From Patescibacteria group bacterium (GTDB lineage Bacteria > Patescibacteriota > Minisyncoccia > Phycocordibacterales > UBA2100), in assembly GCA_038057405.1 (NCBI GenBank), contig JBBUDH010000005.1, forward strand, positions 1 through 53,046: a DNA stretch of 53,046 bases. The letters run 5' to 3'. Positions within the stretch are counted from its first letter, which is position 1, and every line of letters begins with the position of its first letter. Position numbers and translations under genes: made by a program. Under the pieces are notes generated by a model. It was given only the letters and a program-made list of their open reading frames with translations, did not search any database and was not told the origin of the DNA. Of the stretch, positions 41,982 through 49,917 are shown in pieces.

Positions 41982-43886
41982 TTAATCGCCAACCTCCACC
42001 GTAGTCGTCGCCTGCCTGTCTATACCTCCCTTTGTTATACAGTCCAATTGGAACATCGCCGAGCTCGTAATCGGCGAAGTCGTAGCCGCACCCGTCACAC
42101 TGGTGTTGGAGGAGTTGCGCAGGGTGAAGTCGGGTTGGTCGGGGCTTGAGATGATGCAGGAGTCCATGCCGGTCGTGAGCCAGGAGATGAGCGAGATCTC
42201 TCCCGGAGCTAACGTCCTCGGATTGGTGACGAGGAAGATGTTGGGGCGGTTCACCTTGACCGAGCACTGTGCGCCGGTCGTTTTGCCGTTGTCGGTACAG
42301 GCGAGGGTGTAAGTGGCGGTGTTGGTGCCCTGGGGCGGGGCTTTGACGGTTGTCGTGGCGGAGCCGCCCGGTTGGGTGGTCACCTTGAATGCGCTGCTGG
42401 AGGCGATGCCCGAGGAGCAGTTGTAGGTGAGGGCGAGTGTCTGGCCGACATCGGCGAGGTCGGGTTCACAGACGAGCTCCGCCTTGGGACCTTCGGTCGA
42501 GATACACTGCCAACCGGTGATACAGGCGCCGCTGTAGGTGGCGCGCCATGCGCCCGCGGAGCAGGCCGACGGTGGTGGCTGTTGAGGTTGGCTCTGGCAT
42601 TGGTTGCCGGTCGAGGGCGTGCAGGGGGTCGGTTGCGCGGGAGGCGGTTGGGTCGGCGGTGCGATGCCGCCGTTCTGCTGTGCGTAGTACTGATTCATCT
42701 GCTGTTGGTACTGGTACTGCTGGAGCTGGTAGTTGTACTGCTGCAATTGCTGTTGGTATTGAGCTTGTTGTTGGGCGTATGCGTCCCGGTCGGTGGCGCA
42801 GGCTTGTGCGGGAGCCGACGGAGGGGGCTGCGGCGCACCGAGTGCTTTCATGAGTCCTTGGAGCATGGAACCGAAGGCGCTCATGGGATTTGAGTTACCG
42901 CCCGTATTCTTTCCCGCGTTGGGGTCGAATGTACCGCTTCCATCCCGGCTACAATTCGGACCTGTACATCCGGGCTTTGGCGGACAGGCGCCAGTTTTTG
43001 AATCCATTTGTCCGTACTGACATGGCCCCTGATACGTCGGCGCCTTATCTTCCGGCGTCTTGGGCGGCACTACCGGCGTCTGTTCTTCGGCAAGTTTCCG
43101 CGTATCGATTTTGCTCAGGTTTGCGTTTTGCTCTGCAAGCCTCTTGTTTTCCTCTGCAAGCCTCTTGGCTTCCGGATCATTTTGTCCCAATGCTTGGATA
43201 GCGGCATAGTTATCGGCCTGTTTATTCTGCATCTTTGTTTGTTCATCATCCTTGGCCTCGCTAAAAGCAGCTTGCATATACGGGTCGAGCTTCGAAAGAC
43301 GAGCCTGTACCCCGGTGGGGTCGGTCTTCGCGTCTTCCAGAAGTTTTTGGATCGCCGGGTCATTCTTAAAGTACTCAGGAACAAGGGCCGCCTTCCCGAG
43401 TATTTCATCCTTTTTCTTCTCTGACCCCCCGCCGACGGCTTGGCAAGATCCTGCCGCCGCCCCGCACTGCGAGACCACGCACTGCTTCTCGGTCTCACAC
43501 TTCTTCTTGCTTGCGGCATCTGTTATATCCTTACAAGTATCAATTGCGTCTATGGTGGTGGGAGTTCCCGGATAGATTTTATACTGACATCCTTTCACGC
43601 AGACTGATTCAACACCCTTTTCGCCGTCGAGAGGCCCTTTCGCGTTCTTATCTTTTTTCACTTCAATGGGTGCATTACAACGACTTGCCCCCTTGAGTGT
43701 CGCCCCCGGCTTCTTCGCCGGCGCAGCTGCCGCGGGGGCTGCCGCTTCGGCGGTTTGTGACTCTACATTCGCATAGGGAGAAAAATACTGCACCGTGGTC
43801 GCTACCCCCGCAAGAAGCGCGACGAAAACAAGCGCGGAGAGGATTGTAGCTCCACGATTCAAAAGCCGCCCATGAGGTGTTGCCAT
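41982..43886 (-). CDS. secreted or membrane-anchored Cys-rich, Q/Y-rich surface protein (634 aa), paralog 1
   Basis: Signal anchor ILSALVFVALLAGVATTV, a Cys-rich module, coiled or charged spacers, the MLQGLMKALGAPQPPP motif, a QQYNYQLQQYQYQQQ tract and a C-terminal beta-sandwich-like domain. Confidence 0.75.
   Translation of the reverse strand: MATPHGRLLNRGATILSALVFVALLAGVATTVQYFSPYANVESQTAEAAAPAAAAPAKKPGATLKGASRCNAPIEVKKDKNAKGPLDGEKGVESVCVKGCQYKIYPGTPTTIDAIDTCKDITDAASKKKCETEKQCVVSQCGAAAGSCQAVGGGSEKKKDEILGKAALVPEYFKNDPAIQKLLEDAKTDPTGVQARLSKLDPYMQAAFSEAKDDEQTKMQNKQADNYAAIQALGQNDPEAKRLAEENKRLAEQNANLSKIDTRKLAEEQTPVVPPKTPEDKAPTYQGPCQYGQMDSKTGACPPKPGCTGPNCSRDGSGTFDPNAGKNTGGNSNPMSAFGSMLQGLMKALGAPQPPPSAPAQACATDRDAYAQQQAQYQQQLQQYNYQLQQYQYQQQMNQYYAQQNGGIAPPTQPPPAQPTPCTPSTGNQCQSQPQQPPPSACSAGAWRATYSGACITGWQCISTEGPKAELVCEPDLADVGQTLALTYNCSSGIASSSAFKVTTQPGGSATTTVKAPPQGTNTATYTLACTDNGKTTGAQCSVKVNRPNIFLVTNPRTLAPGEISLISWLTTGMDSCIISSPDQPDFTLRNSSNTSVTGAATTSPITSSAMFQLDCITKGGIDRQATTTVEVGD
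41998..42470. repeat. 473-bp direct repeat, copy 1 (identical by eye to 44233-44705)
   Basis: Compared line by line with no differences found; constant offset of 2235 bp. It encodes the C-terminal 157 aa of both paralogs. Confidence 0.9.
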
Positions 43887-44097
43887 GTCGCAATCATGCG
43901 CCCCATATGCCTAAGGCGCAATGCACAGAATCGCCAAAATGTGGAAAAAACTAGTGCACCCGGCGTCGGAGCGATGCTCCTCTCTGAGAACCCTCGGTTC
44001 TCAGCGTCCGCAAAACGGACTGCTCTCCGATACGGGAAACTACCGTTTCCCGACCCCTTCCCAAACCGGGAGCAATTCATTCGTTCCACTCACTCAT

Positions 44098-44169
44098 TGC
44101 TCCCGGTTGGAATCGAACCAACATCGTATCCTCCGCAAGGATATATCCTATCCATTGAACGACGGGAGC
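44098..44169 (-). tRNA. tRNA-Arg: tRNA-Arg (anticodon GCG)
   Basis: Acceptor GCTCCCG/CGGGAGC, anticodon arm TATCC-TTGCGGA-GGATA, T-arm TTGGT-TCGATTC-CAACC region, discriminator A. Confidence 0.85.
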
Positions 44170-44216
44170 GTTGCGGAAAATGTATCACATTTCTCCTCTT
44201 TTCCGTAACAGGAACG

Positions 44217-46820
44217 CTATTCCTCAACACTTACCGTAGTCGTCGCCTGCCTGTCTATACCTCCCTTTGTTATACAGTCCAATTGGAACATCGCCGAGCT
44301 CGTAATCGGCGAAGTCGTAGCCGCACCCGTCACACTGGTGTTGGAGGAGTTGCGCAGGGTGAAGTCGGGTTGGTCGGGGCTTGAGATGATGCAGGAGTCC
44401 ATGCCGGTCGTGAGCCAGGAGATGAGCGAGATCTCTCCCGGAGCTAACGTCCTCGGATTGGTGACGAGGAAGATGTTGGGGCGGTTCACCTTGACCGAGC
44501 ACTGTGCGCCGGTCGTTTTGCCGTTGTCGGTACAGGCGAGGGTGTAAGTGGCGGTGTTGGTGCCCTGGGGCGGGGCTTTGACGGTTGTCGTGGCGGAGCC
44601 GCCCGGTTGGGTGGTCACCTTGAATGCGCTGCTGGAGGCGATGCCCGAGGAGCAGTTGTAGGTGAGGGCGAGTGTCTGGCCGACATCGGCGAGGTCGGGT
44701 TCACATGAAAGAGTCGCGGTCGGAGCATCTCCGGTATTTGGGCAGTTCCAATTAGTGATACATGAACCGTTGTAGACGGGTCTCCAGCCGCCGGTACAGG
44801 AAGAGGCCGCCGGTTGTTGTGGTTGCTCTCTACACTGGCTCCCGGTCGAGGGGGTACACGCGCTTGGTTGAGGCGGCAGCGGTTGAACGGGCGGCGGAGT
44901 GGTCCCGTTGCGCTCGGCATAGAACTGATTCACCTGCTGCTGGTACTGCTGCTGTTGCATTTGGTAGTTGTACTGCTGCAGCTGCTGTTGATACTGCTGC
45001 TGTTGTTGGGCGTATATGTTGGGGTCGGTGGAACATGGCTGAGAGGGAGCGGCTGGTGGAGGCTGCGGCGCCCCGAGTGCTTTCATGAGTCCTTGGAGCA
45101 TTGAGCTGAGTGCGGAGCCGAGCCCGGAACCCGAACCGCCTTGGTTGTTGGTCTTATCGCCGTTGCCGTCGGGTGCGCCGCCCCCGCCCGTCGGCGTTTT
45201 GGCCGCTGGCGGTCCGCCCTGCCCGGGAGCTGGTGTGAACTTCTTTGCATCCTTACAACTTCCGAACTGGTCGCACCACTGATCGCCACGCTGAACGTAG
45301 TAAGGCTTGCTTGGGTCGGGTGCCCCTTTCGACTGTTCCGACTTCGCGAGAGGGTCATTCTTCGGGTCCGGGGCCTGTTCCGGTCTCGGTTTCGGAAGCG
45401 GCACATTAACAGCTTTTTCTTCAGGTTTCGGCGCAGATCCTCCTCCTTGCGCCCCTGCGTCCGTCGCTAACTTGTCAGCGTGCGCCGCTCGTATGTCCTC
45501 TCCATAATTATCGTGGAGTGCTTTCTTATCCTTATCCGAAAGTGAGTTGTACCAATCCATTGTCGGATCTGCCGGTGCATTTCTTCCCGTAAGCTCATCC
45601 AGCTCTTTTCGTTGTGCCGGACTAAAATCATTGGTACCTGCATTTGCGCCTGCCTCGGCATTTTTGAGTTCTTGTATTCTCGCATCCCTGTCGAGCGCGG
45701 CTTGATTGTTTGCCTCAGCCCATGCCGCCTGGTCGGAGCGAATTGTTTCCTCAAGTGCGGCTTGATTGTTTGCCCCAGCCCATGCCGCCTGGTCGGAGCG
45801 AATTGTTTCTTCAAGTGCGGCTTGTCTGTTTGCCGCATCCCATGCGGCCTGATCGGAACGAATTGTATTCTCCAGCTCTGCTTTTCTAAGTTCCTCTGGA
45901 GTTGCCGCGGGCCCGAACGTATCCTGGGGACCAAAAGCGTCTGCCAGTTTTGCGTAATCCGCTGCTGTCTGCTGCTCAGGTGTGAGTCTGACTGGGTTAT
46001 CACCGAGCGACTTATCCAGCGGTACGTTGTATGCCCCCACTCCGTCGTCGGTTTCAGTCAGCTTGGTTGGGCTACCGCCGGATTTCAAAATCTGGTCGTA
46101 GGCATCCTGCTGCCGTGCAAGTTCATTCTCTTGCATCTGAAGATTTGATGACAATCCGTTCAATTGATCTTCCTTTACTGGCGTCCAGCTAGTCAAGCCC
46201 TGAGTCGCTTTCCGATATTCCTCTTCCATGGCGGCAATACGGGACTTGGTCATATCAATACCACGCTGTGTATCTTCAAGGTCCGCAGGCGTAATATTCT
46301 CGCCCGTACCGCTTCCGCCATTGGGTAACTTTGTCTTTTCCGGATTGCAGCTATTTTCCGGAGCACCTTCAGTCGCGACCCGACACGTATTGCCGTGCTT
46401 TATGACCGAGCAACACTGCTTGAGTGCTCCGTTTGCCTCAACCAGGTCTGTACAAGACGAGATACAATCTGAATCCTTGGGGCACTGGTCTATTGTCTTT
46501 GTGTCTATTTTTTGACATTTGTTCTCAATACACGCCTTCCAGAGGAGATCACACCGATTCTCTGTCATTTTTGGATTGCTCTTGCATTTCGTGTACTCCC
46601 TCCCGCAGATACCGTCGTTGGGGTCGGTGGATGCTGGGTCGTTTACCGGCGCGGGAGCCTGCGCGAGCTGCGAGCGCGCACTTACGGCGTACGAAGCTTC
46701 AGGGGAAAGTACGGTGGCCAAGCTGACAACCCCGGTCGTACCGCCCAGTATCGCTATGAAAACGAGAGGGATTGCAAAAGAAAACTTCCGCTCGGGATTG
46801 AGCGATTCGTGGAAAACCAT
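44217..46820 (-). CDS. secreted or membrane-anchored Cys-rich, Q/Y-rich surface protein (867 aa), paralog 2
   Basis: Same architecture as 41982-43886, with a longer central region that contains 20-aa tandem repeats. Confidence 0.75.
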   Translation of the reverse strand: MVFHESLNPERKFSFAIPLVFIAILGGTTGVVSLATVLSPEASYAVSARSQLAQAPAPVNDPASTDPNDGICGREYTKCKSNPKMTENRCDLLWKACIENKCQKIDTKTIDQCPKDSDCISSCTDLVEANGALKQCCSVIKHGNTCRVATEGAPENSCNPEKTKLPNGGSGTGENITPADLEDTQRGIDMTKSRIAAMEEEYRKATQGLTSWTPVKEDQLNGLSSNLQMQENELARQQDAYDQILKSGGSPTKLTETDDGVGAYNVPLDKSLGDNPVRLTPEQQTAADYAKLADAFGPQDTFGPAATPEELRKAELENTIRSDQAAWDAANRQAALEETIRSDQAAWAGANNQAALEETIRSDQAAWAEANNQAALDRDARIQELKNAEAGANAGTNDFSPAQRKELDELTGRNAPADPTMDWYNSLSDKDKKALHDNYGEDIRAAHADKLATDAGAQGGGSAPKPEEKAVNVPLPKPRPEQAPDPKNDPLAKSEQSKGAPDPSKPYYVQRGDQWCDQFGSCKDAKKFTPAPGQGGPPAAKTPTGGGGAPDGNGDKTNNQGGSGSGLGSALSSMLQGLMKALGAPQPPPAAPSQPCSTDPNIYAQQQQQYQQQLQQYNYQMQQQQYQQQVNQFYAERNGTTPPPVQPLPPQPSACTPSTGSQCREQPQQPAASSCTGGWRPVYNGSCITNWNCPNTGDAPTATLSCEPDLADVGQTLALTYNCSSGIASSSAFKVTTQPGGSATTTVKAPPQGTNTATYTLACTDNGKTTGAQCSVKVNRPNIFLVTNPRTLAPGEISLISWLTTGMDSCIISSPDQPDFTLRNSSNTSVTGAATTSPITSSAMFQLDCITKGGIDRQATTTVSVEE
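44233..44705. repeat. 473-bp direct repeat, copy 2
   Basis: See copy 1. Confidence 0.9.
45697..45876. repeat. three 60-bp in-frame tandem repeats inside the 867-aa gene
   Basis: Units 45697-45756 and 45757-45816 differ at 2 of 60 positions; the third unit (45817-45876) is more diverged. They encode (A)ALEETIRSDQAAWAxANNQ. Confidence 0.9.
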
Positions 46821-46906
46821 ATCGCAATAATGCGCCCTGCGGGGCGAAGCTGCAACGCGGCAAAAGGGGAAAAGCTTAGGCCGTCTACAGGTGCCTAACT
46901 CAGACG

Positions 46907-47173
46907 TTAGGCCGCGAGTGAGCGGAGAGCCTTGGCTGCGCGCGACTTCATGCGCGCCGCGGTGTTCTTCTTGATGGTTCCCTCTTTGGCAGCCTTGTCT
47001 ATCGCCTTATAGACCTTGGGGAGCATGGCGGTCGCCTCTTTGGCGCTCTTGCCAAGCACGAGCTTGCTCATATCTTTGACCGCATCTTTCATCGCCTTCT
47101 TGCGGCGCGCATTGAAAACACGCCGTTTCTCTGCGGCGCGCATTGCTTTCTTTGCGGAACTCGTATTGGCCAT
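46907..47173 (-). CDS. rpsT: 30S ribosomal protein S20
   Basis: MANTSSAKKAMRAAEKRRVFNARRKKAMK. Confidence 0.93.
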   Translation of the reverse strand: MANTSSAKKAMRAAEKRRVFNARRKKAMKDAVKDMSKLVLGKSAKEATAMLPKVYKAIDKAAKEGTIKKNTAARMKSRAAKALRSLAA

Positions 47174-47232
47174 GTGCCGCGCATCCTAACGGATTACGCC
47201 CGAAGTAGCAAGTTTTTTGCTATGATTCGCTC

Positions 47233-47811
47233 ATGATAGGACGCCTCTCCGGAAATGTGTCGGCGATACGGGCGGGATACGCGATAGTCTCGGCCGGCGG
47301 CGTCGGGTACAAAGTGTTTGCGACACGCGAGCTTCTGCTCTCGCTCAAGCAAGGCACCGAGGCCGCTATTTGGACACACCTTGCCGTACGCGAAAGCATC
47401 CTCGACCTCTACGGTTTCTCCAATGAGGAAGAGCTCCGGCTCTTCGAACTCCTCCTCACCGTGTCGGGTATCGGTCCGAAATCCGCACTCGCCATTCTCG
47501 ACATCGCATCCGTCGAAACGCTGCGCAGCGCGGTCTCCGCGGGCAACGCGTCATACCTCACCAAAGTCTCGGGTATCGGCAAAAAAACCGCGGAGAAAAT
47601 TGTTCTTGAACTACGTGACAAGGTCGGGACCTCGCTAGACGGGAACGACGCCGTGCTCCAAGGAGACGAAGAAGCGCTCGAGGCGATGCGCGCCCTCGGC
47701 TACTCGCAGGGCGAGGCGCGGGATGCGCTGCGCAAAGTGCCACAGGAAATCGAGCGCTCCAATGAAAGGCTCCGCGAGGCGCTGCGTATCCTGGGCTCTC
47801 ATAAAAAGTGA
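47233..47811 (+). CDS. ruvA: Holliday junction DNA helicase subunit RuvA
   Basis: MIGRLSGNV...GGVGYKVF...LYGF...ELFELLLTVSGIGPKSALAIL...VSGIGKKTAEKIVLEL. Confidence 0.92.
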   Translation: MIGRLSGNVSAIRAGYAIVSAGGVGYKVFATRELLLSLKQGTEAAIWTHLAVRESILDLYGFSNEEELRLFELLLTVSGIGPKSALAILDIASVETLRSAVSAGNASYLTKVSGIGKKTAEKIVLELRDKVGTSLDGNDAVLQGDEEALEAMRALGYSQGEARDALRKVPQEIERSNERLREALRILGSHKK

Positions 47812-47839
47812 ACGCTCCGAAACCAGATATACTAGAGCT

Positions 47840-48817
47840 ATGATAAAACGTGTTCTCATTGTCTCCTTAATCGTCTTCATCATCGCGCTTATTCTCTTTT
47901 GGTTTATGACCGGCGGGTGGGCCGCCGCAGCGCGCACTGCGCGCTCGCTCGGCAATCCGCTCGAGCTTATTTTCGGGACGAGCACTTCGGGCTCTTTCAT
48001 CAAACTTCCCTGGCAACCCCCCGAGCTTGTCCGCGGTCCCGACATTGCCGACTACGCCGACGAGGCGGACGCCCGTATTCTCGCATCGGGCGATGAAGAC
48101 CAGTTCACGAACACACCGCCTGCGCCAAGAGGTGGGTTTGGTGATGCCTCCGTGTATTCGGGCAAAGTATCCATCAAAGAGAGTAGCGCGACGGAATCCG
48201 GTGTCGCACTGGAATTCATCCAACTCACCGCATCCGACGACAACAACCAGCCCATACCCGTTACCAATTGGGCTCTGCAGAGTGCGGTCACGGGCGCTCG
48301 TGGGGTAATTCCGCCGGCAGCGCCATTCTTCATTCTCGGTGTGGTCAATCCCGTCCAGTCCGTCTACCTCGAACCGGGCGCGTCCATTTTCGTGACGACA
48401 GGGGCGTCTCCCGTGGGCACCTCATTCCGCGAGAATATCTGCAGCGGCTACCTGACCGAGCTTCACACCTTCACACCCGAACTCGCGAATGAATGCCCTA
48501 CCCCACCCGAAATGCTCCCGATGAACGCGGACAACCTCCGTACCTACGGCAGCTCATGCTTCGACTATCTCGATACCCTGACGCAGTGCCATTTCCCGGC
48601 GACGCTGCCCGGCGAGCTGTCCGCCGCGTGCCGTTCGTTCATTTCCAACACAATGTCCTACAACGGCTGCATCAACGCCTCCCGCGATCGCACTCCATTT
48701 GCCCTCCCGGCTTTCCGCACCTATCTCGGCCTGCGCTCCGAGCTGTGGAGTAATTCGCACGACGTGATACGCCTTATTGACGCAGAAGGACGGACGGTGG
48801 ATATCTTAACGTACTAG
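47840..48817 (+). CDS. membrane-anchored protein with a probable lamin-tail-like (LTD) beta domain and a Cys-rich C-terminal region
   Basis: TM helix VLIVSLIVFIIALILFWF, then GKVSIKESSATESGVALEFIQLTASDDNNQPIPVTNWALQS. The LTD assignment is from memory of the family pattern only. Confidence 0.6.
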   Translation: MIKRVLIVSLIVFIIALILFWFMTGGWAAAARTARSLGNPLELIFGTSTSGSFIKLPWQPPELVRGPDIADYADEADARILASGDEDQFTNTPPAPRGGFGDASVYSGKVSIKESSATESGVALEFIQLTASDDNNQPIPVTNWALQSAVTGARGVIPPAAPFFILGVVNPVQSVYLEPGASIFVTTGASPVGTSFRENICSGYLTELHTFTPELANECPTPPEMLPMNADNLRTYGSSCFDYLDTLTQCHFPATLPGELSAACRSFISNTMSYNGCINASRDRTPFALPAFRTYLGLRSELWSNSHDVIRLIDAEGRTVDILTY

Positions 48818-48821
48818 ACAC

Positions 48822-48851
48822 AGCTTGTAGCTGGCAGCTTACAGCTTGTAG
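48822..48851. repeat. 30-bp inverted repeat, left arm (partner 49383-49412)
   Basis: AGCTTGTAGCTGGCAGCTTACAGCTTGTAG compared with the reverse complement of the right arm, AGCTTGTAGCTGTTAGCTTACAGCTTGTAG: 28 of 30 match. Confidence 0.85.
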
Positions 48852-49354
48852 GAGATGCAGGAAAAGAGAATAATCCCCGCAGCGACGGAAACGTTGAGTG
48901 ATTCTTTCCCCCTGCCAGAATGGCGGGGGTGGTGAGCTTGTCGAACCATTGCCCCCTGCATTGGGATTTCTACGACCGCATCGCATAGCTTGAGAATTCC
49001 TTTCGGAATCCCGCTCACTTCGTTGCCGAAAACGAATACGGTCTTGCTTTTTGCTTTGAACTTACGGTAATCGCGAGCACGGACATCTTGCTCGACGCCG
49101 ACGATACGCCACCCCTCGTTTTTTAGCCTCGCTATGAGGCGCGGCGGGAACGCATAATGCTCCCACGGAAGGAATTTCTCCGCACCGAGCGCCGTCTTCG
49201 CGATGTCTTTCCTTGCCCGCCCGAATCTATCGGTAGGTGTTGGGGTGTATCCCGTTAGGTACACACGAGAAACTCCTGCGGCATCCGCCGTGCGGAATAT
49301 GGAACCGACATTGTGCGTGCTTCGGATGTTATGTAGCAGTACAGCAACCTCCAT
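48839..49354 (-). CDS. SpoU/TrmH-family RNA 2'-O-methyltransferase
   Basis: LHNIRSTHNVGSIFRTADAAGV...FVFGNEVSGI...VEIPMQG...SLNVSVAAGI. Confidence 0.88.
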   Translation of the reverse strand: MEVAVLLHNIRSTHNVGSIFRTADAAGVSRVYLTGYTPTPTDRFGRARKDIAKTALGAEKFLPWEHYAFPPRLIARLKNEGWRIVGVEQDVRARDYRKFKAKSKTVFVFGNEVSGIPKGILKLCDAVVEIPMQGAMVRQAHHPRHSGRGKESLNVSVAAGIILFSCISYKL

Positions 49355-49382
49355 GTGAACACCATATGCTCTTGTTGTATTT

Positions 49383-49412
49383 GCTACAAGCTGTAAGCTA
49401 ACAGCTACAAGC
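49383..49412. repeat. 30-bp inverted repeat, right arm
   Basis: CTACAAGCTGTAAGCTAACAGCTACAAGCT, in the divergent trmH-like/doxX-like intergenic region, ending 1 nt before the doxX-like ATG. Confidence 0.85.
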
Positions 49413-49413
49413 T

Positions 49414-49812
49414 ATGTTATCTCTCTTCCCCCAGCTACTCTTCCTTGCTCCGTTTTCGACGACCATTCTCCGCGTCAGCGCGGGCGTCGTAATTCTCCTG
49501 GTCGCATGGATACACGTGAGCAAGCGCGAAGAGCTCTCGCACATTGACTTCTTCGCTGTCGGACGTGGCGCGTGGATACCCGTTGTGGCCGCAATTCTTG
49601 AATTCGCGATTGCAGCCGCTCTCATAGCGGGAATATACGCGCAACTCGCCGCGCTTCTCGGAGCCCTCGCCGCACTCAAGTCGCTTATTTGGAAATCCCG
49701 TTTCGGCGAATTCTTTCCGCTTCCGCAGTCTACAAGTGCACTACTCTTCGTCATTTGCCTTTCCCTGGTATTCAGCGGCGCGGGTATCTTCGCATTCGAT
49801 TTGCCGCTGTAA
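49414..49812 (+). CDS. DoxX-like four-TM membrane protein
   Basis: 132 aa with four hydrophobic helices and LRVSAGVVILLVAWIH... Family assignment is tentative. Confidence 0.6.
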   Translation: MLSLFPQLLFLAPFSTTILRVSAGVVILLVAWIHVSKREELSHIDFFAVGRGAWIPVVAAILEFAIAAALIAGIYAQLAALLGALAALKSLIWKSRFGEFFPLPQSTSALLFVICLSLVFSGAGIFAFDLPL

Positions 49813-49815
49813 AAT

Positions 49816-49891
49816 TGGTCCGCCCACCTGGATTCGAACCAGGGACCTTCTCCTTAAAAGGGAGCCGCTCTACCGACTGAGCTATGGGCGG
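49816..49891 (-). tRNA. tRNA-Lys: tRNA-Lys (anticodon TTT) with encoded CCA and a C1-G72 first pair
   Basis: Acceptor CCGCCCA/TGGGCGG, D-arm GCTC-AGTCGGTA-GAGC, anticodon loop CTTTTAA, T-arm CCTGG-TTCGAAT-CCAGG, then A-CCA. Confidence 0.88.
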
Positions 49892-49917
49892 TAGAAGCAA
49901 TATAGCATTGCGGCTTT

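Noticed and set aside
45697-45876. CRISPR-like regular repeats
   Set aside because: The units are contiguous 60-bp tandem repeats without spacers. They are in-frame inside a long ORF, and no cas genes are present.
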